The notes under the pieces were generated by a model. The model was not told the DNA's origin. It was given only the letters and a program-made list of their open reading frames with translations, and did no database searches. The translations under genes and the position numbers were made by a program. Positions 55,127-64,000 of a stretch of 64,000 bases of DNA are shown piece by piece (position 1 is the stretch's first letter; each line of letters opens with the position of its first letter). The stretch is from Ignavibacteriota bacterium (lineage in GTDB: Bacteria; Bacteroidota; Ignavibacteria; UBA10030): contig OY969585.1 of the NCBI GenBank assembly GCA_963701295.1, forward strand, positions 448,001 to 512,000. The letters run 5' to 3'.

Positions 55127-55873
55127 ATGGATGATCGATCACCATTACCTTCTGCCCCTTCATTGGGAAAAGTACTGCCTGATGTGTTTGCTTCACCATC
55201 AGAAGTTTATCAGAATTTGAAGAATACTGCTCCTTCTCCAACATTGTGGGTTATACCGCTTATTGCTACACTTCTCATTGTCGTCGTTTCAGTTATTATG
55301 ATCTTCACGAATGAGACACTGAAGAGCGAGATGAAAGAAATCCAGAGCAAAGCTATTCAAAAAATGGTTGATGAAAAGAAGCTTACGCAAGAAGATGCTG
55401 ATAAGGCAGAAGCCCGAACCGAATCCATGGGTGGCATGATGATTGCTTTTGGAATTATTGGTGGAGTTATTTTTATGGCTGCCTTCTATTTCGGTGGTGC
55501 GCTTTTCTTATGGTTAGCCAACAAGACTATTCTTAAATCGGCTGTCGGCTATGGAAAACACCTTGAGTTATACGGCATTGCATCGTGGATTGGAGTACTT
55601 GGCGGTGTCATTACAATCTTGATGATGGTAGGATTCGGTTCTATGTCGGCAACTCCCAGCGCTGCACTTGCACTCATGGGCAGTTTTGATCCCACGAATA
55701 AACTTCACATGCTGCTCGCATCACTCAACATTTTTTCTATTTGGCAGACAGCGGTCATAGGCATTGGGTTGAGCAAATTTTCAGATAAGCATACGAGTGC
55801 AGGTATAGGTGTTGCGTTTGCGCTGTGGATTGTCTGGGTTGCACTGTCGATCCTCATCGGCATTGCCCGATAA
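55127..55873 (+). CDS. YIP1-family membrane protein
   Basis: VF.SPSEVY..L...P...WVIP start, periplasmic helical insert, five TM segments, N.FSIW. Confidence 0.8.
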   Translation: MDDRSPLPSAPSLGKVLPDVFASPSEVYQNLKNTAPSPTLWVIPLIATLLIVVVSVIMIFTNETLKSEMKEIQSKAIQKMVDEKKLTQEDADKAEARTESMGGMMIAFGIIGGVIFMAAFYFGGALFLWLANKTILKSAVGYGKHLELYGIASWIGVLGGVITILMMVGFGSMSATPSAALALMGSFDPTNKLHMLLASLNIFSIWQTAVIGIGLSKFSDKHTSAGIGVAFALWIVWVALSILIGIAR

Positions 55874-55891
55874 TCCAAAAGAAAATTACAC

Positions 55892-55930
55892 AGAAAGCCT
55901 TCCTCTCAGAACACAGGGGAAGGCTTTTCT
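55892..55930. terminator. bidirectional terminator
   Basis: AGAAAGCCTTCCTCT...AGGGGAAGGCTTTTCT between convergent genes. Confidence 0.7.
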
Positions 55931-55931
55931 C

Positions 55932-56330
55932 TTATTCTTTACTCTCTCGTATTAGTTGTCGCAATTCCGCAAGCTGCCGTTCCACGCGGTCCATCTGGTC
56001 ATTGTGATGGTGCCAGACTTCACTGCGCCGTACCGATTGACGCTCTGCCATCTGTCCGGCACGGACAATTTTATCCATAAAGAATCCAAATAGCCACACG
56101 CCAAGAAAACCTATAGGTATGATAACGATCATCAGTTCTCGCAAGCGCGGGATGCCGAAGAAGATCATAAGCTTATCACTCGCTGTGATGATAAGAAGCG
56201 TGAAGTTGAGAATGACGAGAAATGATTGGCCGAGATCGAATCGATATTTTTGTGAAAAGAATATTTCGCGCCAGCGTGCTAAACGTATACGTAATCGAGC
56301 GGATGCTTGTTCGGGTTGGTGTTTCATCAT
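55932..56330 (-). CDS. hypothetical two-TM protein with C-terminal coiled coil
   Basis: GGAG SD before MMKHQ; ORF directly downstream of the kinase. Confidence 0.6.
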   Translation of the reverse strand: MMKHQPEQASARLRIRLARWREIFFSQKYRFDLGQSFLVILNFTLLIITASDKLMIFFGIPRLRELMIVIIPIGFLGVWLFGFFMDKIVRAGQMAERQSVRRSEVWHHHNDQMDRVERQLAELRQLIRESKE

Positions 56331-56413
56331 TGATACTCCTGAGGTCGATGGATGGAAAAAAGAAACGGCGCACAAGGCGCCGAAGTTATTCAAATTGGCG
56401 ATACACTGTTCAC

Positions 56414-58051
56414 TCAGTTTTTCGTAATGGGAAGATAGATACTGATGGTCGTCCCCTTCCCCATCATGCTGTCGATCTCTATCTTTCCGTTGTGATCATC
56501 GATTACCTTCTTGACAATGGCCATACCAAGTCCTGTGCCATGCTTCTTACCATACGACATAAACGGTTCAAAGATACGGTTCTTCACTTCTTCCGGCATG
56601 CCGGTGCCTGTGTCCGTAAAATCGATACGCACATATCTGTTATGCTCAACCGTTGCAACAGTAAGTGAACCGCCTTCAGACATTGCATCGCGCGCGTTGC
56701 TGGCAATATTATAGAACACGCGCACCATTTTATCCTGATCCAACCGCACGATGCCTTTGAACTGTGCATTCTTTACCAGTGTAATTTTATTCTTCTCTAA
56801 ATCTTTTTCGATGAAATTCAACACCTCGTTCATCACATCGGAGAATTCGAGTTCTTTGAAATTCGATGCGCTCACACCGCGTGTAAAATCCAATATTTCC
56901 TGTGTCATATTCACAAAGCGATCTACCTGACGGATCATCTCATCAGCAAGTTTGTTCGCTTCCTCGTTGCCCGATTTCTTTTTCATTACCTGGGCGTACA
57001 CTCGGAGCGTTCCCATCGGATTTTTTATATCATGGATGATGACACTCGCCATTCGTCCGACAGCAGACAAACGTTCATTCTGCACCATTTCTTGTGCCAT
57101 GCGAGCATTCTCGATTGCAACAGAAGCGTGAGCAGAAAAGGCATCAATGAATGAAATATCCTCGCTATCAAAAGACCCTTGATTCTTATTTAAGAGTTGA
57201 AACACACCGATGATTTTGCCATCTTTGTTCTTCAACGGCATGCAGAGCATATTATATGTATGATACCCGCTACGTTTGTCAATGTCAGGATTAAAACGAG
57301 GATCGGCATACGTATCCGCGATGTTGATCGTCTCGCCCGTCTCCGCAACATATCCGGATAAACCTTTACCGATGGGCAAACGGATCTCAACCATGTTTGT
57401 ACCTTGCAGGACTTTTGACCACAATTCTTTCTTGATGTTATCGACAAGGTACAGCGTACCACGGTCGGCATTGATGCTTTTTGCCGCTGAGTCAAGAATT
57501 AATCCAAGTAATTTATCGAGGTCAAGTGTAGAGTTAATGATTTTGCTTGCTTCAATGAGCCGTTGAAGTTTGTTGAAACGTATTTCATTGGCCTGACGCT
57601 GCTCTTCGAGCCTCTTGACGATATTATCGTCTGCCTTGCGGATGCGTGCGCTCAGTTCGCGGAGAAGATTGAATGCCGCTTTGTGGCTTGAACGGAGTAA
57701 TTCTTCAAATTCAATTTTTGTCATCGAGAGAAGAATCGAGTCCTCGATGCACGAAGCGCGTGCAGAACGTGTACGACCATCGAGCGATACAAGCTCTCCA
57801 ACAATTTCTCCACACTCCAATACATCGAGTGTCGTCTCCTCGCCAAAAGTTGTCACGCGGGAGATCCGGATTTTCCCTTTTTCGATAATAAATACTTTAT
57901 CGCCTGATGTATCCGCATCAAAGAGCATCGCACCTGCTGGGTGATGTTCCTCATGGAATTTATTGATTACTTGCAGCACTTCATCGCGCGACAGCTGATA
58001 GAATAAAACGGTAGACTGAAGACTGCGTATGCGTTCATCCTGCGTAGGCAT
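56414..58051 (-). CDS. cNMP-binding plus GAF sensor histidine kinase
   Basis: GEL...RSA cNMP domain, GAF (IADTYADPRFN), IIHDIKNP H-box, N, DTGTG and GTGLG boxes. Confidence 0.92.
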   Translation of the reverse strand: MPTQDERIRSLQSTVLFYQLSRDEVLQVINKFHEEHHPAGAMLFDADTSGDKVFIIEKGKIRISRVTTFGEETTLDVLECGEIVGELVSLDGRTRSARASCIEDSILLSMTKIEFEELLRSSHKAAFNLLRELSARIRKADDNIVKRLEEQRQANEIRFNKLQRLIEASKIINSTLDLDKLLGLILDSAAKSINADRGTLYLVDNIKKELWSKVLQGTNMVEIRLPIGKGLSGYVAETGETINIADTYADPRFNPDIDKRSGYHTYNMLCMPLKNKDGKIIGVFQLLNKNQGSFDSEDISFIDAFSAHASVAIENARMAQEMVQNERLSAVGRMASVIIHDIKNPMGTLRVYAQVMKKKSGNEEANKLADEMIRQVDRFVNMTQEILDFTRGVSASNFKELEFSDVMNEVLNFIEKDLEKNKITLVKNAQFKGIVRLDQDKMVRVFYNIASNARDAMSEGGSLTVATVEHNRYVRIDFTDTGTGMPEEVKNRIFEPFMSYGKKHGTGLGMAIVKKVIDDHNGKIEIDSMMGKGTTISIYLPITKN

Positions 58052-58108
58052 TCAAAGTACTTTCATACTGGGAAACACACTAACTGCGTGAATAATAACA
58101 AGAATCAG

Positions 58109-58714
58109 TCACTTAGTCAAGAAATGGAGCTTTACTTTCAGAACTTCTTTCATTTTTGCTAATGATCGGGCACGGTGACTGATGAGATTCTTTTCTTCGG
58201 CTGTGAGTTCCGCATATGTTTTGGCAAACCCAGTAGGGATAAATATTGGATCATACCCAAATCCATTGGTGCCACGAGGTGTTTCGCCAAGCATACCGGT
58301 ACAGATTCCTTCCGTCATTTCTTCCACACCATTACCGACAAGTGCGAGTATTGAACGGAATTGCGCTCTCCGGCGCCGCGGCGCCACGGCGCGCATCTCT
58401 GTCAGCAGCTTCTGATTATTCATCTTATCCGTCGCTTCTTCACCGGCATAGCGTGCAGAGAACACTCCGGGTCTGCTGTTAAGATAAAATACTTCCAAAC
58501 CAGAATCATCTGCCAATGCAAGTAATTTCGTGTGATGATACACTGTACGCGCCTTTTGAAATGCATTCGCCTCGAATGTAGTCCCATCTTCTCTCAATAG
58601 AAGTTCAGTGGAGACATCGTTAAGTGTGAGCACATCGACATCGAGATCGCCGAGCAGCGTCTGCAACTCTTGCGCTTTGTGAATATTTCGCGTGGCAAGA
58701 ATGAGCTTGGTCAT
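58109..58714 (-). CDS. rdgB: non-canonical purine NTP pyrophosphatase (HAM1/RdgB)
   Basis: LATRNIHK, ADDSGL, PGVFSARY, GFGYDPIF, SHR. Confidence 0.95.
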   Translation of the reverse strand: MTKLILATRNIHKAQELQTLLGDLDVDVLTLNDVSTELLLREDGTTFEANAFQKARTVYHHTKLLALADDSGLEVFYLNSRPGVFSARYAGEEATDKMNNQKLLTEMRAVAPRRRRAQFRSILALVGNGVEEMTEGICTGMLGETPRGTNGFGYDPIFIPTGFAKTYAELTAEEKNLISHRARSLAKMKEVLKVKLHFLTK

Positions 58715-58883
58715 TGGAGGTTTGAGATGAGTGAATTGAAAAATTAGAATTTTATGACGTATGATGTAGCGATTTTTGCGATTTAAATATGTACTCTCTA
58801 CTCAAGATTGAGATGATATATGTGCAATCTTCATTTTCTTCTCTTTTTCATTTTCCATCTCACCTCTCAATACTCAAATGGTA

Positions 58884-60242
58884 TCACCCAATCAATGCTT
58901 CGATGGCTTTTTCAATGCGATCGACTCCGATAATCTCAATTTCGCCATTGGGCTTGAACGTTTTCAAATTATGTTGAGGAACAATAATGCGTTTGAAACC
59001 AAGTTTTGCCGCTTCATGTACACGTTTTTCAATTTGTCCGATGGTGCGAATCTCTCCACCCAATCCGATTTCACCCACTGCAACGGATGATGAATCAACA
59101 GGAATATCGCGAAGACTCAATGCGATGGAAGCGGCAATTCCTAAATCTACTGCCGGCTCATCGATGCGGATACCGCCGGCAACATTCACAAATACATCTT
59201 GCTGGCCAAGATTCATTCCAACACGCTTTTCCAACACGGCAAGCAACAATGCCAAACGTCGATAGTCAAAACCAGTGCTTGTACGCTGCGGCATTCCATA
59301 GTTCGTCGGTGTCACCAGCGCTTGCACTTCAACAAGGATGGGGCGCGAGCCTTCAATGCTCGCAACGACAGTGGAACCGGATGTGCCATAGTGACGCTCT
59401 GAGAGAAATATTTCTGATGGATTAAGCACCTCTCGCAAACCAGTCTCGTGCATTTCAAAAATGCCGATTTCATTCGTCGAACCGAATCGGTTTTTTAACG
59501 CACGCAGAATTCGATAGGCGTAATGTGCCTCGCCCTCAAATTGCAGAACCGTGTCCACCATATGCTCTATCACCTTTGGACCAGCAATAACACCTTCTTT
59601 TGTTACATGACCAACGAGGAAGATCGGAATGCCGCGCATCTTGGCAAGACGCAGCAGTAAGGCGGCAGATTCCCGCACCTGACTTACACTACCCGGTGCG
59701 CTCTCAAGTCCAGGACGAAACATGGTCTGAATGGAATCCACGATCACGATATCGGGAGTGCCGGAAGCAATCACATCCAGAATGAGATCAAGATTGGTTT
59801 CAGCAAGAAGTAAAATATTTTTTGCCGAGAGGACATTCAACCGTTCAGCACGAAGCTTGATTTGGCGGACGGATTCTTCACCGGTCACATACAAGACCGC
59901 TTGATCCTTCAATGCAATCGCTAGTTGCATCATGAGCGTGGATTTACCAATACCTGGGTCGCCGCCAAGCAGAACGAGCGAACCCGGTACAAGTCCGCCG
60001 CCAAGTACACGATCAAATTCATTCAACGTTGTTTTAATGCGCGGAACATCTTCCTTCTCAATTTGATCGAAAGAAACCGGTTCAATCTTTGAGGTAACTC
60101 CTGTTTTGCGCGATGCTCTTACCGGCGCCGAAACTTCTTCGACAAATGTATTCCACTCGGAACAATTCGGACACCTGCCAATCCACCTCGGTGAAACATA
60201 ACCACACGATTGGCAGACATATTTTGTGATGTTTTTGGACAT
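58884..60242 (-). CDS. radA: DNA repair protein RadA/Sms
   Basis: C4 zinc finger, GGDPGIGKST, KNRFG, Lon-like C-domain GEIGLGGEIR. Confidence 0.97.
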   Translation of the reverse strand: MSKNITKYVCQSCGYVSPRWIGRCPNCSEWNTFVEEVSAPVRASRKTGVTSKIEPVSFDQIEKEDVPRIKTTLNEFDRVLGGGLVPGSLVLLGGDPGIGKSTLMMQLAIALKDQAVLYVTGEESVRQIKLRAERLNVLSAKNILLLAETNLDLILDVIASGTPDIVIVDSIQTMFRPGLESAPGSVSQVRESAALLLRLAKMRGIPIFLVGHVTKEGVIAGPKVIEHMVDTVLQFEGEAHYAYRILRALKNRFGSTNEIGIFEMHETGLREVLNPSEIFLSERHYGTSGSTVVASIEGSRPILVEVQALVTPTNYGMPQRTSTGFDYRRLALLLAVLEKRVGMNLGQQDVFVNVAGGIRIDEPAVDLGIAASIALSLRDIPVDSSSVAVGEIGLGGEIRTIGQIEKRVHEAAKLGFKRIIVPQHNLKTFKPNGEIEIIGVDRIEKAIEALIG

Positions 60243-60391
60243 ATATTCAATATAGCGATGGAAGAAGATGAATTCAATGATAGATGGGGCCGAAAAGGAA
60301 CAAGACAGAAAGTGGGGTTCACCTTGACCTTTCCAACGGAAGATGGTATATTTTCCTCAATTTCATTATCCACGAAAGGAAAGGGCTAAGT

Positions 60392-61222
60392 ATGAAACGC
60401 GTCATGCTGCTATTCCTCACGATGAGTGCGACGATTTCATTTCTTGCTTACAGGATGGTCGATGATACAGCAACCGGTATCCTGAAACAACTGGGGATCA
60501 ATAATGATGATGCGAAAGAGTACATATGGTCGAATATTGTCAGAACTTCATTTTCTCATCCGACTACGAATGAAATGAGGACTCTAACTGCCGGTAACCG
60601 TCCTGCCATTGTTCGACAACTGGTCGCTTATGCACAACAATATATTACAAGCGAGGAGTTCAATAAGAAGTACCTAGAATACCGTCTTGGCATGAAACCC
60701 GAACCTCCCGAAAAACCGAAATCTATGGACGAACTTCGGCTGGAACAGAAAGCCCAACTTCAACATAGCATCGAGGAAATGGAAAAGACCAAAAAGTCTT
60801 TTGCTGCCGACCAGCAGAAACAATTTGACGACTATATTCATCAGATGCATGAACAACTTGCATCGGTTGATAACCCGAAAAATCCGATGTTCAATAAAGA
60901 GATGGAGGAGTATTTCAAACAGTCGTACGATGCCCAGATGAAGGAACACGAAACCAAAGTGAGCGAATGGCAAAACGAATGGCCAGAGAACCCTGCGCCT
61001 GTTATTATTCGGTCTCTCCAGAAATTTTTAGATGTGTCAAAGGATATCGACTATCGTGCAGAAGTTTTTAAGGACGCGTATGGTAAACTCTTATTCTCCA
61101 AAACTGTATATGAAAACAAGCCGGCGGAATGGAAGCTTTGCTATCGTGCAGGCAAAGAAACTGTAGAAGCGGCCCGGGCTGCTTCTAGTCAGTGGTTGGA
61201 CGAATTGAAGCGTGCTAAGTGA
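60392..61222 (+). CDS. hypothetical exported helical protein
   Basis: Signal peptide MKRVMLLF; C-terminal YENKPAEWKLCYRAGK. Confidence 0.65.
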   Translation: MKRVMLLFLTMSATISFLAYRMVDDTATGILKQLGINNDDAKEYIWSNIVRTSFSHPTTNEMRTLTAGNRPAIVRQLVAYAQQYITSEEFNKKYLEYRLGMKPEPPEKPKSMDELRLEQKAQLQHSIEEMEKTKKSFAADQQKQFDDYIHQMHEQLASVDNPKNPMFNKEMEEYFKQSYDAQMKEHETKVSEWQNEWPENPAPVIIRSLQKFLDVSKDIDYRAEVFKDAYGKLLFSKTVYENKPAEWKLCYRAGKETVEAARAASSQWLDELKRAK

Positions 61223-61281
61223 CACATGGAATGTGGCACATCGCTCCCGCGGTACCTAAATTTCGATGAAGTGTTAAAAAT

Positions 61282-61318
61282 AAAAAAACCCGTCGCATTG
61301 CAGCCAGCGGGTTTTTTT
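61282..61318. terminator. bidirectional intrinsic terminator
   Basis: AAAAAAACCCG...CGGGTTTTTTT between convergent genes. Confidence 0.8.
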
Positions 61319-61338
61319 CACTCTTGTTGAAAAATGAA

Positions 61339-62214
61339 TTATAATTTTGCCCAATGTGCCTTTGCTGCTTTTACGTTCTTGCTCATCGGATAATTCTTTA
61401 CGACTTTTTCATAAGCTGCTTTTGCCTTTGCCTTGCTGCCAAGGTTTTCATACGATCGCGCGATCATGTATTGAGCATCTGCTTTCTTTTCGGAATTTTT
61501 CATTTTAAGCACTTCCTGAAACAACGGCAATGCTTCTTTATACTTCTTCTGTGCAAAGTAGGTTTCACCCAACCAGTATTTTGATCGATTAGCGACCTCA
61601 TCATCCGTTCCGCCATTAACAATCGCTTTGAAACCCTTTAGAGCACTATCATACTTACGTGCTTTAAATGCTTTCATTGCATTATCATAAGTCGCCTGGG
61701 AAACCGGAAGAGTCTTCTCTTCTGCGGGACGTGCTTCAACGCCTTTTGACGCTAAATCAGAAGTCTTGCTCAGTACTTCTACCGAGTCAGCACGGTGCTT
61801 TTCTATTGCATATTTTGTATCGATTTCGGTCATGCGTGCATTAATGCTTCTATTCTCTTGTTCAAGCTTTACAATGTTTTGTTTCAAACTTGTATTCTCA
61901 GTGCGAAGACCTTCAATTTGCTTTTCATATTGCGCTAATTGAGCCGGTGAGGCAGCAGGAGCCGGAGGTGGCGCTTCCGATTGACTGGTATCAGCTCCAA
62001 TGAAGTTCGTTAATGCTTGATCCGACGGATTCTCCTCCTTCGGTTTTTCTTTTTCAACTTTTACTGCCGGCTTTACTCCTTGAGCTTGAGACTCTTCCTT
62101 CGTAGCTTCTTCGCTTTCACCGCAGCCAATCAGCAAAAATGTGAATAGGACGAGAATGATAAACCAAGAATGTCTTTGTAAAGAACTACTGTCAATCAAG
62201 TTTTTGAGACCCAT
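61339..62214 (-). CDS. lipoprotein with coiled coil and TPR (CpoB/YbgF-like)
   Basis: GGAGG SD, lipobox LLIGC, YWLGETYF and VVKNYP TPR pattern. Confidence 0.75.
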   Translation of the reverse strand: MGLKNLIDSSSLQRHSWFIILVLFTFLLIGCGESEEATKEESQAQGVKPAVKVEKEKPKEENPSDQALTNFIGADTSQSEAPPPAPAASPAQLAQYEKQIEGLRTENTSLKQNIVKLEQENRSINARMTEIDTKYAIEKHRADSVEVLSKTSDLASKGVEARPAEEKTLPVSQATYDNAMKAFKARKYDSALKGFKAIVNGGTDDEVANRSKYWLGETYFAQKKYKEALPLFQEVLKMKNSEKKADAQYMIARSYENLGSKAKAKAAYEKVVKNYPMSKNVKAAKAHWAKL

Positions 62215-62349
62215 AAAGCCTCCAAACAATAGCGAATGAATAGTGGATTTCACACAGCCTGTGCTAATTTATCAATACACTCGTTGAAAGTCAAGTGGTT
62301 TTCCCAAAATCATCGACGAATTTTGTTCTGACCAACCCCAGAAATTCTT

Positions 62350-63273
62350 TCACTTCACATACTTTGTCATTCGGGCAACGATCTGTTGTATAATGATATC
62401 CGGCACACCGTCAGGAAACTGCGATTGAAGCCGCATATCACACATTTCATTCACGTAATCTACCGCAACACATCTTCCATCGATCGTGAAAGATAATTCC
62501 GTTGAAAAGAATTCAAGTTGACAAATGGTGTGAATACGCTCCGTGATTGTTCGGAGTTGTTCAAGACCTAATCGCCGTTCTTCTTCTTCAGGTATCGGAG
62601 AATAGATATGAGTGATGTCATTCCACCAAGAAGGGATGATATCACCAAAAGCGTAGAATACGCGAAACCATGCACGATGCTCAGCAAGAATGGTCGGCGT
62701 GATCGTCTCCTGCAATAGATATTTATCATTCTTATGGGATTGACGTGCATCGATGACTTCTTTCAAGGTTTCGGCACCGATCACCACACCGATACCGCCC
62801 CCGGTTGTATTTGCTGGTTTGATGATAAACGGTCGACCGAGCTTTGCCAACTCGCTCAACGAAAGTTCAATCTCATGTTTATGGTTGTACGGGGAGATAA
62901 TGATGGTATAAGGAACCTCAATGTTGTGCGCAAGAAATTCGAGATGCATCGTCGCTTTATCGGCAGCAATGATTCGGAGATCATACGGGTTGATGGGATG
63001 CGGTGCATACCTTTCACGAGAATGAAATTGGCGTAGTACATACCATGCCAAAGGTTGAAACATTTCGTCTTCATCAGAGGCACGGTCGAGAAAGTATCGA
63101 AAGCGAATTTTTCCTTTTCTCAACAAATTGAAAATTTCTTCTACGGTTTCATTGCGAATTTCTAATACTTTAATATCATTCCGGCAGGCAACTTCGTACA
63201 CATGATCAATAAACCCGTAGTCATATTCCCAGTTCCAAGCGATGGCAAGATCGTATATCTGAGCCGTTTCCAT
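62350..63273 (-). CDS. ATP-grasp-fold hypothetical protein
   Basis: DKATMH, PFIIKP...GGG.GV, YLLQE, WFRVFY, DYVNE.CD. Confidence 0.7.
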   Translation of the reverse strand: METAQIYDLAIAWNWEYDYGFIDHVYEVACRNDIKVLEIRNETVEEIFNLLRKGKIRFRYFLDRASDEDEMFQPLAWYVLRQFHSRERYAPHPINPYDLRIIAADKATMHLEFLAHNIEVPYTIIISPYNHKHEIELSLSELAKLGRPFIIKPANTTGGGIGVVIGAETLKEVIDARQSHKNDKYLLQETITPTILAEHRAWFRVFYAFGDIIPSWWNDITHIYSPIPEEEERRLGLEQLRTITERIHTICQLEFFSTELSFTIDGRCVAVDYVNEMCDMRLQSQFPDGVPDIIIQQIVARMTKYVK

Positions 63274-63373
63274 TTATAAGTAAAAGTACATGCTTTCCGT
63301 TTACGAAACAAGCACCTACAATACTTGTAAGTGGTGTGCTGTTTCAATATATTTATATGTGATGAATAACACC

Positions 63374-64000
63374 ATGAAGTCATTTTCATTCCTCACCTCC
63401 ATTGTGGGGATTTTTTTTCTATCCGGTTGTGGTAGTTCACAGCAATTATCTCAACCAACACGTTCTGAACGTACGAACATGCTGCAAAACGATAAAATCC
63501 AAGAGATGCGGCATGATCACGCACTCGAGCATTTTATCGAGGGCACAGCGCTGGATGCAAAAGGTTCATATGCCGAAGCAATTCTTGAATATCAAGAAGC
63601 GCTTCAAGCAGAACCGAATGCCGCAATTTTCTTTGCTATTTCTAGAGATTATTTGCTACTGAATAAATTTAATCGTGCCGCCGAAACAGCAGGTGAAGCT
63701 GTTCGGATGGAGCCACAGAACATCTCCTACCGCGAAAATCTTGGAACTATTTATTTTCAAGCATCACGAGCAGATTTAGCTATCCACGAGTACGAAGAGA
63801 TCATAAAGATCGATTCAAATTATACGGCCGGTTGGTTCGCACTGGCACGTCTCTACCAACCGTTGCAACTTCAGAAAGCAGTTGAGATCTACGAGAAGAT
63901 GCTGAGCCGAGATGACGGGCAATTGGAAGTTCTTTTTCAATGTGCGCAGCTTTATTCCTCACTCGGACGTTATGATGAAGCTGCAACAAAATATAAGCGG
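63374..64000 (+). CDS. TPR lipoprotein, truncated by the window end
   Basis: MKSFSFLTSIVGIFFLSGC lipobox, then an open frame with TPR repeats to base 64000. Confidence 0.8.
   Translation, partial: MKSFSFLTSIVGIFFLSGCGSSQQLSQPTRSERTNMLQNDKIQEMRHDHALEHFIEGTALDAKGSYAEAILEYQEALQAEPNAAIFFAISRDYLLLNKFNRAAETAGEAVRMEPQNISYRENLGTIYFQASRADLAIHEYEEIIKIDSNYTAGWFALARLYQPLQLQKAVEIYEKMLSRDDGQLEVLFQCAQLYSSLGRYDEAATKYKR

Overview
64-kb chromosomal window from a Bacteroidota/Chlorobi-group bacterium, most plausibly Ignavibacteria-like. The basis is T9SS C-terminal domains, a Bacteroidota-type histone H1-like protein, canonical TTGACA-17-TATAAT-like promoters and normal SD usage. Housekeeping content: adk, rlmN, one complete rRNA operon (16S, tRNA-Ile, tRNA-Ala, 23S, 5S; minus strand), rdgB and radA. 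A long accessory stretch (about 17-55 kb) holds dapL with a Ser/Ser-type dapF, catalase, T9SS-exported enzymes, a tandem-PLD nuclease plus beta-class DNA methyltransferase (candidate restriction-modification or defence pair), a LysR/C-GCAxxG-C-C/NifS module, copZ-copA, a REP-associated tyrosine transposase with REPs, two metal-uptake units each preceded by a DUF2946-like leader ending in HAPP or RGPP, an IS1595 element that cuts off a T9SS signal, a ZIP pseudogene and a hemerythrin-LuxR/feoAB locus. The most striking unexplained structure is repeated displaced 3' ends of conserved genes. Two extra copies of the last ~30-35 codons of copA (one differing only by 11 synonymous changes) and one extra copy of the 5S rRNA 3' end plus terminator each border a cargo module, and no integrase is present in the window. 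All calls were made by eye from the sequence and ORF track; no database searches were run.
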